Assembly: GCF_003010495.1 (NCBI RefSeq)
Contig: NZ_CP027570.1
Coordinates: 390,001 to 422,000 of the forward strand
Source: Megasphaera elsdenii DSM 20460
GTDB lineage: Bacteria; Bacillota; Negativicutes; Veillonellales; Megasphaeraceae
DNA length: 32,000 nucleotides
Reading direction: 5' to 3'
Shown here: piece after piece, positions 24,242-31,601 of the stretch
Numbering within the stretch: the stretch's first letter is position 1
How the letters are laid out: each line of letters opens with the position of its first letter
The notes under the pieces: model-generated
Databases searched by the model: none
Told to the model about the DNA's origin: nothing
What the model saw: the letters and a program-made list of their open reading frames with translations, nothing else
Made by a program: the position numbers and the translations under genes

Positions 24242-24289
24242 AAAAAAAAAGTGCTGCTGCGCAAAGAGTACTTCTTTGCGTAACAGCAC
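24242..24289 (-). terminator. Strong intrinsic terminator after the BrxF-like gene
   Basis: The minus strand reads GTGCTGTTACGCAAAGA-agtac-TCTTTGCGCAGCAGCAC followed by T9. The stem is 6 + 8 bp with a 3x3 internal loop. Confidence 0.85.
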
Positions 24290-24321
24290 TTACAGAGACG
24301 AGGGCCTGTGAAAAACGGCCT

Positions 24322-24789
24322 TTATTCATCCAGGCAAATGACGTGATTCGGGTTGTCGATGACGAATTTAGCATATTTCGGATCGCCATTGTGTTCAAAG
24401 TACAAGGTATTGCCTTCCAAACTGCCGCGCCAGCTGACGATGATCGGGCATTCCCGGCTCAACTTCTTCAACATGGCGACGGGGTCGAGGTTCAAGATCG
24501 GTGCGAACAGAAATTCCACGTTATCAATCATGACGACACGGGCATTGAGGCGGTGGATTGCTGCCGATACCAGGGCAATGGCCTTATCCGGGCGGTCGGC
24601 ACGAGGAATTTCCAAAAATTCATCGTCAAAGAGTTCCCGGGCTTCACAGATTTTCCAGCCGTCCTGGAAAGTCAGTTCACGAATCAGTTTGCTCTTGCCG
24701 GAACCAGGGCCGCCAATGAGAATCAACAATTTTTCATCGTCCTGGGCAATGTACTTCCACCGTTTTAAAACATCTGCATCTGTAACCAT
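24322..24789 (-). CDS. Small P-loop NTPase, BrxF-like (BREX type 3 small ATPase family; tentative)
   Basis: 155 aa from the ATG at 24789, which has a GAAGGTG RBS. The track start at 24798 is a GTG. Motifs are Walker A GGPGSGKS, Walker B-like VVMIDNVEFLF, and a C-terminal segment IIVSWRGSLEGNTLYFEHNGDPKYAKF. This matches my memory of the BrxF pattern (LLDNxExLF...WxG...LxYAxPGHPEY). Coding confidence is high, but the family assignment is unverified. Confidence 0.55.
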   Translation of the reverse strand: MVTDADVLKRWKYIAQDDEKLLILIGGPGSGKSKLIRELTFQDGWKICEARELFDDEFLEIPRADRPDKAIALVSAAIHRLNARVVMIDNVEFLFAPILNLDPVAMLKKLSRECPIIVSWRGSLEGNTLYFEHNGDPKYAKFVIDNPNHVICLDE

Positions 24790-24824
24790 GAAAATCACCT
24801 TCGTTTTCTTATATTATTTATTTT

Positions 24825-24854
24825 ATTATACCTAACTTTCATCATATAAGTAAA
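24825..24854 (-). promoter_or_regulatory. Sigma-70-type promoter for the BrxF-like gene in a very AT-rich spacer
   Basis: The minus strand reads TTTACT (24854-24849), an 18-nt spacer, then TATAAT (24830-24825). Confidence 0.55.
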
Positions 24855-24901
24855 GCATTTTTGCTATTTTATTTTGACATATGATAAAGCAGTATGTAGC
24901 A

Positions 24902-26158
24902 TCATTTCAAACCATACCGTTCCATCGGGTCCTGGATGTTCTTGATGGGCGTCGCCGTCAAGATGATGTCATCGACATAGGGCTCGTTGTGGCGCACGAC
25001 GATGACCAGGGATACGCCCTTCTGATACGGGCTGTCATAGTAATAGGCGTCGACGGATTTCTCCTTATCCGGTCCCCATTCGATGCGGTCCGGCCGGCCG
25101 TATAAAGCCAGGATTGTCGAGACGTGATAGCCCAAGGTCGCGCCGCGGCCCGTGTAAGCGTTATTCGTCAAGAGGAAGACTTTCTGCACAATGTTGCGCC
25201 GGTCTACTTCGACGCCGTAATCGCCATAGAGCCAGAAATTACTGTTGTTGCGCTTGACCAGGTTAGTCCACATGTTGTACTTGTTCGCTTCAAAAGGCTG
25301 GTTGAGGCCGAAGCCCATGAGGGTAAAGTCCCGTTCGCCCAATTTCATGCGGTCCGCCGCTTCTTCTCCCGTAATGTACGGCGGCCGTACCGGCATGAGG
25401 GCCACTCGTTCGATGCGGCGGTTGCCGATGGCAAAGACGTACATGACATCTTTCCGCGGGCTTTCATAGGTAAAGTAATAGACGTTGGCATCGGCGTCGC
25501 GCAGGACGGAATCGGGCAGGCCGTACTGGCGCAACAGCACTTCTGCCGGATATTTCAGGCGGACATCCCGGCCGATGAGGATGTTCGTCCCAGACGACAG
25601 GAACATCGATTCTGCCCCGGGAATGACGGCTTTCCGGTTCCCGGCACTGTAGCGCAGGCTGTCCGCCGTCTTGTTGCGGAAGACGAAGCGCATCTTCAAG
25701 TCCTTGTCGTTGTACTGCATGGTCGTATAATGGGTACTGCGCGAAAACTTCGTCGGCGGCCCGAAGATGCGTTTGACCTTGGCCGGGCTGTCGCCATGAT
25801 GGATACTGCCAATATAGAAATCGCTGGCCTGCAGCGGCGGGATAGACAGCGTATTCAGGGAGTCGAGGAGGACGCAGTCATCATCCGTCGGTACATGGGC
25901 CGTCTCTTTTTTACTATCTTTGCCGTCTTTATCGGTTTTATCCGCTTTTTTATCCACCTTGCCGTCTTTATCGCTTGTCCCGTATGCAGCGGCTTTGACA
26001 GCCTTAGGGGCTGTCTGGCTAGTCCCGGCCTTCTCAGCCGTAACAGCCGCAGCCCCGGCCAGGGCTTTCCCCGTTTTTTCCGCCGGAACTGCTCCCATAG
26101 CGGTTCCCCAGGCCAAAGACACAGCAAAGACCAGTGCAGCCATAGCTGTACGTTTCAT
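24902..26158 (-). CDS. Secreted hypothetical protein with a Lys/Asp-rich linker and repeated G...(V/L)...(F/Y)G-x-P modules
   Basis: 418 aa with a signal peptide (SLAWGTAMGA-VP) and the linker DKDGKVDKKADKTDKDGKDSKK. The modules are IGSIHHGDSPAKVKRIFGPP, IGRDVRLKYPAEVLLRQYGLP and LGYHVSTILALYGRP. A GAAGGAGGG RBS is present. Confidence 0.7.
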   Translation of the reverse strand: MKRTAMAALVFAVSLAWGTAMGAVPAEKTGKALAGAAAVTAEKAGTSQTAPKAVKAAAYGTSDKDGKVDKKADKTDKDGKDSKKETAHVPTDDDCVLLDSLNTLSIPPLQASDFYIGSIHHGDSPAKVKRIFGPPTKFSRSTHYTTMQYNDKDLKMRFVFRNKTADSLRYSAGNRKAVIPGAESMFLSSGTNILIGRDVRLKYPAEVLLRQYGLPDSVLRDADANVYYFTYESPRKDVMYVFAIGNRRIERVALMPVRPPYITGEEAADRMKLGERDFTLMGFGLNQPFEANKYNMWTNLVKRNNSNFWLYGDYGVEVDRRNIVQKVFLLTNNAYTGRGATLGYHVSTILALYGRPDRIEWGPDKEKSVDAYYYDSPYQKGVSLVIVVRHNEPYVDDIILTATPIKNIQDPMERYGLK

Positions 26159-26187
26159 GGCGTCCCTCCTTCGTAGGATTGAGAAAA

Positions 26188-26360
26188 CGGAGCTGTCCTA
26201 GGAAGACAGCTCCGTTTTACGTTGGTCGCAAGCCGTTCATCGTTTGTCGCAAGGGATCCAACAATATCAAGCCATCGCGATGAACGACGAACGACGAACG
26301 AAAAACTGTTAAGTCAAAGGAATCGTGCATGATGGCAGAAACCTTCATGGAACCGTCCTT
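26188..26360. repeat. Composite intergenic element, copy C (variant heptads)
   Basis: Hairpin 1 is CGGAGCTGTC-ctaggaa-GACAGCTCCG (26188-26214), flanked by A4 and T4. Heptads CGTTGGT CGCAAGC CGTTCAT CGTTTGT CGCAAGG occupy 26220-26254. Inverted heptads GAACGAC GAACGAC GAACGAA occupy 26282-26302. A 9-bp inverted repeat CGTTCATCG/CGATGAACG is present. Hairpin 2 (26317-26360) contains CATGATGGCAGAAACCTTCATG. Confidence 0.75.
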
Positions 26361-26363
26361 ATC

Positions 26364-27875
26364 TTATTTATGCTGTTCCGGACGGCTCAACGGGAAGAGA
26401 AGGACGTCGCGGATGGACGGGCTGTTGGTCAGGAACATGACCAGGCGGTCAATGCCAATGCCCAAGCCGCCTGTCGGAGGCAGGCCGTATTCCAGAGCGC
26501 GGCAGTAGTCTTCATCCATCTGATGCGCTTCGTCATCGCCGCGTTCCCGTTCTTTCATCTGTTCGATGAAGCGGTTACGCTGGTCGATGGGGTCATTCAA
26601 TTCCGAGAAACCGTTTGCCAGTTCACGGCCGTAGATAAAGGCTTCGAAACGATAAGTCAGGAGCGGATTATCGCGGTCCTGTTTGGTGAGCGGCGAAATT
26701 TCCAGGGGATGACCGGTGATGATGGTCGGCTGGATGAGGTTTTCTTCGACGAATTTTTCAAAGAAAGCGTTGATAATCTTGCCGACGCCATCGAACTGGC
26801 CGTATTCGACGTCATGTTCGTCAGCCATCTTGCGGGCTGTTTCGACGTCTGTAATGCCTTCGAAGTCAGCACCGCTGAATTTCTTGACCGCTTCGATCAT
26901 GGTCATGCGGTCCCAAGGCGGCGTGAGGTCGATTTCTTTGTCGATATAGGTCAATTTCATCGTGCCATAGAGCATTTCAGCCAGTTTGGAAACCATGTCT
27001 TCAGTGATGTTGATGACATCTTCCAAGTCGCCGTAAGCCTGGTACAATTCAACCGTCGTAAATTCCGGATTGTGCCGCGTGTCGATGCCTTCGTTGCGGA
27101 AGCAGCGGTTCATTTCATAGACTCGTTCCAAGCCGCCGACGAGGAGGCGTTTGAGGTGGAGTTCCGGAGCGATGCGCAGATAAATGTCCATATCGAGGGC
27201 GTTGTGATGCGTCTTGAACGGACGGGCAGCCGCGCCGCCGGCAATGGTATGGAGCATCGGCGTTTCAACTTCCAGGAAATGACGGTCGTCGAGGTATTTG
27301 CGGATGCCTTTGATGATCTTCGACCGTTTGATGAAGGTATCTTTGACTTCCGGGTTGACGATGAGGTCGAGGTAACGCTGACGATAACGCGTTTCCTTGT
27401 CCGTCAGGCCATGGAATTTTTCCGGCAGCGGGCGGAGGGATTTGGACAAGAGGGTCCATTTTTCGACGCGGATCGTCGTTTCACCGGTATGAGTAACGAA
27501 GACCGTCCCTTCGATGCCGACGATATCACCGATATCGAGGAGTTTGAATAAGGTATATGATTCTTCACCGAGAACATCTTTACGGAAATAGAGCTGGATT
27601 TCACCACTCAAATCGCGAAGGACGCAGAAAGCCGTCTTGCCGTGGCGGCGGATAGCCATGAGGCGGCCGGCGACACTGACGACGGTTTCATTCTTTTCCA
27701 GTTCTGCAGCGTCATCCTTGACTTCCTGTGCATGATGATCCCAGTTGTATTTCTGACCGAAGGGATAGACGCCGGCGTCGATAAATTCCTGCATCTTTTC
27801 GCGGCGGACCTTCATTTGGTCATTCAATTTTTCTTCTTCAATAATAGGCGTTTCTTTTTCTTTCGTATCCGACAT
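26364..27875 (-). CDS. lysS: Lysine--tRNA ligase (class II) LysS
   Basis: It has an N-terminal OB-fold region and class II motifs (FRNEGID..HNPEFT, GGLGIGIDRL). I placed the start at the ATG at 27875 (MSDTKEKE), which has an AGGAGG RBS 6 nt upstream. The track ORF is 19 codons longer. Confidence 0.95.
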   Translation of the reverse strand: MSDTKEKETPIIEEEKLNDQMKVRREKMQEFIDAGVYPFGQKYNWDHHAQEVKDDAAELEKNETVVSVAGRLMAIRRHGKTAFCVLRDLSGEIQLYFRKDVLGEESYTLFKLLDIGDIVGIEGTVFVTHTGETTIRVEKWTLLSKSLRPLPEKFHGLTDKETRYRQRYLDLIVNPEVKDTFIKRSKIIKGIRKYLDDRHFLEVETPMLHTIAGGAAARPFKTHHNALDMDIYLRIAPELHLKRLLVGGLERVYEMNRCFRNEGIDTRHNPEFTTVELYQAYGDLEDVINITEDMVSKLAEMLYGTMKLTYIDKEIDLTPPWDRMTMIEAVKKFSGADFEGITDVETARKMADEHDVEYGQFDGVGKIINAFFEKFVEENLIQPTIITGHPLEISPLTKQDRDNPLLTYRFEAFIYGRELANGFSELNDPIDQRNRFIEQMKERERGDDEAHQMDEDYCRALEYGLPPTGGLGIGIDRLVMFLTNSPSIRDVLLFPLSRPEQHK

Positions 27876-27891
27876 GTTATTCCTCCTAGGA

Positions 27892-28380
27892 TTATTCTGC
27901 ATCAGGCGGCAAGATGCGGTATTTGATTTCACCTGCCGGTGCTTTGACGGTAACGATAGCCGGATTGGCAGTATCGATGACCTGGCCGAGAATGGCCTTC
28001 CCTACAGGAGATTCATTGGAGATGCGGCCGTTGAACGGATCGGCTTCAGCCGTACCGACGACGGTGTATTCGAAGCGGTCGCCTGTTTCGACATCTTCCA
28101 GGATGACTTTCGAACCGAGGCGGACTTTATCCGAACCGTCATCGGTTTCCTTGATGATCTTCGCCGTGCGGATTTTAGCTTCCAATTCGGCAATGCGGCC
28201 TTCGATGATGCCCTGTTCATTCTTGGCGGCATCGTATTCGGCATTTTCGCTCAAGTCACCAAGGGCGATTGCTTCTTTGATGCGCTGGGAAATTTCAATA
28301 CGGCGAACTGATTTCAGTTCATTCAATTCATCTTTTAACTTCTGTAACCCTTCCTGGGTAATCAGCGTTTCATTAGTCAT
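27892..28380 (-). CDS. greA: Transcription elongation factor GreA
   Basis: 162 aa with an N-terminal coiled coil carrying the acidic tip (LGDLSENAEYDAAK) and a C-terminal FKBP-like domain. Confidence 0.95.
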   Translation of the reverse strand: MTNETLITQEGLQKLKDELNELKSVRRIEISQRIKEAIALGDLSENAEYDAAKNEQGIIEGRIAELEAKIRTAKIIKETDDGSDKVRLGSKVILEDVETGDRFEYTVVGTAEADPFNGRISNESPVGKAILGQVIDTANPAIVTVKAPAGEIKYRILPPDAE

Positions 28381-28449
28381 GATTTTCCTGATCCTCCTGC
28401 GATATAATCACGTTTCACTATGATATCTTTAATTTATACCGTACTCTTA

Positions 28450-28478
28450 ATTATATGCATATCTGTCCCTTGTGTCAA
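28450..28478 (-). promoter_or_regulatory. Consensus sigma-70 promoter for greA-lysS
   Basis: The minus strand reads TTGACA (28478-28473), a 17-nt spacer, then TATAAT (28455-28450). This leaves a leader of roughly 65 nt before the greA ATG. Confidence 0.7.
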
Positions 28479-28499
28479 TAAAGCGGCTTTCGTATCGCT

Positions 28500-29486
28500 T
28501 CAGCGCGCCTTGTCCATCATATCGCGGACGATGGATCGAAATTCATCAGCCGAAGCGGCGCGATTGATTCTTTCGCGGAGTGCTGCCGAGCCGTAGAGGC
28601 CGTGCGTATACCAGGACGCATGGGAACGCATTTCCCGGACGCCGATGTATTCGCCTTTATAGGCCAGCAGGGCTTCGAAATGGGACAACATCTGTTCATA
28701 GCGTTCCATCGCCGTCGGCGGTGGCAGGACTTCCCCCGTCGCCAGGTAATGGCGTATCTGCGGGAAAATCCAGGGATTCCCCTGGGCACCGCGGCCGACC
28801 ATGACGGCACCGCAGCCCGTTTCCTTCATCAGGGCAGCAGCCGACGGGCCATCTACGACATCGCCGTTGCCGATGACCGGGATGGATACGGCCTGGACGA
28901 CGGCTTTGATTTTTTGCCAGTCCGCCTTGCCGCTATAGAATTGTTCCCGTGTCCGGCCGTGGACCGTGACGGCAGCCGCACCGGCCGCTTCAGCCCGTTT
29001 GGCCAGCTCCGGTGCCGTAAACGAAGCGTCATCCCAGCCGGTACGCATCTTGACCGTGACCGGAATGGACACGGCGCGGACGACGGCACGGATGACCTTC
29101 TCTGCCAGGGGCAGGTCCTTCATCAGGGCCGACCCATCGCCATTCTTGACGACCTTCTTGACGGGACAGCCCATATTGATGTCGACGATATCGGCGCCGG
29201 CTTCTTCGACGACAGCCGCTGCCTGGGCCATGACCTCCGGATCCGAACCGAAAATCTGCATGGACAGGGGATGTTCCCCGTCTTCGATGTGCAGCAGTTC
29301 TTCCGTATGCTGGTTGCGATAGCGGATACCCTGGGAACTGACCATTTCCGCACAGACCAGGGCCGCCCCATAGCGGTGGGCGATGACCCGGTATGGCGCA
29401 TCACAGACGCCGGCCATCGGCGCCAGGATGACCGGCGCCTCGAGTTCGACCGTGCCGATGGAGAAAGGCTTAATGGTTGCGGTCAT
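28500..29486 (-). CDS. dus: tRNA-dihydrouridine synthase (DusB-like)
   Basis: 328 aa. It is a TIM-barrel flavoenzyme with motifs [14 protein letters not shown] and TVHGRT. It overlaps coaX by 17 nt. Confidence 0.9.
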   Translation of the reverse strand: MTATIKPFSIGTVELEAPVILAPMAGVCDAPYRVIAHRYGAALVCAEMVSSQGIRYRNQHTEELLHIEDGEHPLSMQIFGSDPEVMAQAAAVVEEAGADIVDINMGCPVKKVVKNGDGSALMKDLPLAEKVIRAVVRAVSIPVTVKMRTGWDDASFTAPELAKRAEAAGAAAVTVHGRTREQFYSGKADWQKIKAVVQAVSIPVIGNGDVVDGPSAAALMKETGCGAVMVGRGAQGNPWIFPQIRHYLATGEVLPPPTAMERYEQMLSHFEALLAYKGEYIGVREMRSHASWYTHGLYGSAALRERINRAASADEFRSIVRDMMDKAR

Positions 29487-30234
29487 AAATGATTCTCAGC
29501 CCTTCCAGGGTCAGCATGGGTTCGACGACGTCGATAGCGTCCGTTGCCGGAGCGACGATGACAGCCAGGCCGCCGGTAGCGACGACTTTGGCCTTACAGC
29601 CCAGTTCCTTGCGCATGCGGGCCACGATGCCGTCTACCTGGCCGACGAAGCCATAGAAGACACCGGCCTGCATACTTTCGACGGTGTTGCGGCAAATGAC
29701 CTTATCCGTGCTGACGACTTCGATACGCGGCAATTTCGCCGTGCGCTGTACCAGGGCATCTGTAGAGATGCCGATGCCCGGGCAGATAGCACCGCCGAGG
29801 TAGGTCCCTTTCTTGTCGACGGCGCAGAAGGTCGTCGCCGTGCCGAAGTCGATGATGATGACCGGGCCGCCGAATTTTTCATACGCTGCGACAGCGTTGA
29901 CGATGCGGTCAGCGCCGACTTCACGGGGATTATCGTATTTAATGTCCATGCCCGTCTTGACGCCCGGTCCGATGACCAGCGGTGTCAGGCCGAAATAGCG
30001 CTGGCACATGCGTTCCAGCGTGGGCATGACCGGCGGGACGACGGACGAAATGATGATGGCATCGATTTCGTCGGAGTTGACGCCGTTCAAATAAAAGAGG
30101 TTGCGGATGAGGACGCCGTATTCATCGGTCGTACGGAGACGGTCCGTCGATACGCGCCAGTGGTCCATGAGCTCCTTTCCCTTGAAAATGCCCAGGACAA
30201 TATTGGTATTCCCTACATCAATGACTAATAACAT
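29470..30234 (-). CDS. coaX: Type III pantothenate kinase CoaX
   Basis: 254 aa with an N-terminal DVGNTN phosphate-1 motif, GADR and IIDFGTATT. Confidence 0.9.
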   Translation of the reverse strand: MLLVIDVGNTNIVLGIFKGKELMDHWRVSTDRLRTTDEYGVLIRNLFYLNGVNSDEIDAIIISSVVPPVMPTLERMCQRYFGLTPLVIGPGVKTGMDIKYDNPREVGADRIVNAVAAYEKFGGPVIIIDFGTATTFCAVDKKGTYLGGAICPGIGISTDALVQRTAKLPRIEVVSTDKVICRNTVESMQAGVFYGFVGQVDGIVARMRKELGCKAKVVATGGLAVIVAPATDAIDVVEPMLTLEGLRIIYDRNH

Positions 30235-30273
30235 AACTTTATCTCCTGCCTACTATAAGTTGATAATACGCCT

Positions 30274-30303
30274 ATTATAATAACAGAGTTTTCCTGTCTT
30301 GAA
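30274..30303 (-). promoter_or_regulatory. Possible promoter for coaX-dus
   Basis: The minus strand reads TTCAAG (30303-30298), an 18-nt spacer, then TATAAT (30279-30274). Confidence 0.4.
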
Positions 30304-30321
30304 TAGTCTTTTCCCAAGAAA

Positions 30322-31290
30322 TTAGACGGGCCGGACATGAATATCCCCTGCCATGACGACTTCTGTACCGGCTGCCGTATCGACGAGGAGATTGCCGTTT
30401 TCATCGATATCCCGTGCCATGCCGGAAAAAGTCCGGTTCACGGAACTGACGGTCACTTCCTGCCCCAGCATGCACGACAAGGACCGCCATTCGGCCAATA
30501 CCTGGCTGAACCCCTGGCGGCAGACCGTATCGTAGAGCCGTTCGATTTCTGCCAGCAGCGTTTCCAGCAGGGCTAGCCGGCTGACACGGATGCCTTCCCG
30601 GGCAAAGCTGGTGACGATGGATTTCAAGTCTTCCGGCAAATCATCGGCCATGATGTCCGTGTTGACGCCGATGCCCATGATGATGTAATTGACCTTTTCA
30701 GCCGACCCGTTGAGTTCGGTCAGGATGCCGACCATCTTCCGCCCCTGGACCAGGATGTCATTGGGCCACTTGATGCCGCAGTCTGCCAGGCCGTGCCGGC
30801 GGATGGAGCGGGCTACGGCGACGGCAGCCAGCAAGGTCATCTTAGCCACTTCCATGGGAGAAATATCGGGCCGCAGGATCAAGGAAAACCAGACGCCCTT
30901 GGCATAGGGAGAGAGGAAGGTCCGATTGATGCGGCCGCGCCCGCCCGTCTGTTCTTCTGCCACGATGATCGTTCCTTCCGGCGCCCCCTGGTCAGCCAGT
31001 TTCTTGGCGACGTTATTCGTCGAATCGACCCGCTCCCGATAGACGACAGGGCGGCCGACGAACTTCGTCTGCAAACCATCAAGGATGGCCTTTTCCGACA
31101 AGAGTTCCGGAGCTTCCCGCAGACAATAGCCTTTCTTGGTATAGGACTCGATGACATAGCCCCGCTGCTTCAGCGCACGGATATGTTTCCATACGGCCGT
31201 CCGGGAAATACCGAGCTGGTCGGAAATCTGCTGCCCCGATACAAATTCATCCTTATGGTGTATCAAAAAATCGAGAATATCTTGTCTCAT
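30322..31290 (-). CDS. birA: Bifunctional biotin--[acetyl-CoA-carboxylase] ligase / repressor BirA (class II, with N-terminal HTH)
   Basis: The HTH is SGQQISDQLGISRTAVWKHIRALKQRGY, and the ligase motif is GGRGRINRTF with KWPND. The start is at the ATG at 31290 (MRQDIL). The track ORF adds 12 codons. Confidence 0.9.
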   Translation of the reverse strand: MRQDILDFLIHHKDEFVSGQQISDQLGISRTAVWKHIRALKQRGYVIESYTKKGYCLREAPELLSEKAILDGLQTKFVGRPVVYRERVDSTNNVAKKLADQGAPEGTIIVAEEQTGGRGRINRTFLSPYAKGVWFSLILRPDISPMEVAKMTLLAAVAVARSIRRHGLADCGIKWPNDILVQGRKMVGILTELNGSAEKVNYIIMGIGVNTDIMADDLPEDLKSIVTSFAREGIRVSRLALLETLLAEIERLYDTVCRQGFSQVLAEWRSLSCMLGQEVTVSSVNRTFSGMARDIDENGNLLVDTAAGTEVVMAGDIHVRPV

Positions 31291-31328
31291 CACAATCACC
31301 CCTGCCGCTGCCCCTGGCAGCCCCATTC

Positions 31329-31352
31329 AAAAAAAAGCGCCACCAACGGCGC
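31329..31352 (-). terminator. Short intrinsic terminator-like hairpin about 40 nt upstream of birA
   Basis: The minus strand reads GCGCC-gttggt-GGCGC followed by T8. It is a second terminator, about 250 nt downstream of the ftsH stop. Confidence 0.5.
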
Positions 31353-31419
31353 ACAATATGCCTATTCTATGTAAAAATTTTAACATAAACCATCCCCCTG
31401 TCAAGGGGAGGCTGGGAGG

Positions 31420-31482
31420 TAGTGGCTCGTGGCTAGCAGTTAGTAGTCAGCAGTCAGTGGCCTGCCAGCTAGTGGCCCGTAG
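31420..31482 (+). repeat. Nine consecutive degenerate heptads (TAGTGGC TCGTGGC TAGCAGT TAGTAGT CAGCAGT CAGTGGC CTGCCAG CTAGTGG CCCGTAG)
   Basis: Read directly. The first two units match the 28-bp tandem repeat at 22993-23007, and the TAGTGGC-TAGCAGT-TAG pattern matches 6910-6926. Confidence 0.8.
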
Positions 31483-31542
31483 AAAGAATCTCCAAATATC
31501 CAGCGGATCGCCCACGTAGTGTTCTTTTTCAATTCAAAACCA

Positions 31543-31591
31543 TCCACTAACAACTTAAAAGGGTTTGTCGTCATGCGACAAACCCTTTTTT
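31543..31591 (-). terminator. ftsH terminator: conserved-family hairpin followed by AAGTTGT TAGTGGA heptads
   Basis: The minus strand reads A6-GGGTTTGTCG-catga-CGACAAACCC-TTTT-AAGTTGTTAGTGGATGG. It is the same hairpin as at 6874 and 23214, but with a compensatory C:G to T:A pair. The trailing AAGTTGTTAGTGG also matches 6903-6915. Confidence 0.8.
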
Positions 31592-31601
31592 CACTTGTTT
31601 C

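Noticed and set aside
24167-24289. 41-codon N-terminal extension of uppP in the 316-aa track ORF.
   Set aside because: The extension begins inside the terminator hairpin of the upstream gene and has no RBS. The ATG at 24166 has AAGGAG at ideal spacing and matches the canonical UppP N-terminus.
27876-27932. Extended lysS start, and the possibility of a T-box or L-box leader before lysS.
   Set aside because: The extension overlaps the greA 3' end. The true intergenic gap is only 16 nt and holds an AGGAGG RBS, leaving no room for a riboswitch. lysS is evidently co-transcribed with greA.
28479-28499. Terminator for dus just upstream of the greA promoter (AAGCG-atacgaaagc-CGCTT).
   Set aside because: The stem is only 5 bp with a 10-nt loop and there is no proper U-tract. 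That is too weak to annotate.
31369-31386. BirA operator (bioO-like) upstream of birA.
   Set aside because: The half-sites are adjacent rather than separated by roughly 14-16 bp as in known BirA operators, and no bio genes are nearby. I kept it only as an unexplained palindrome.
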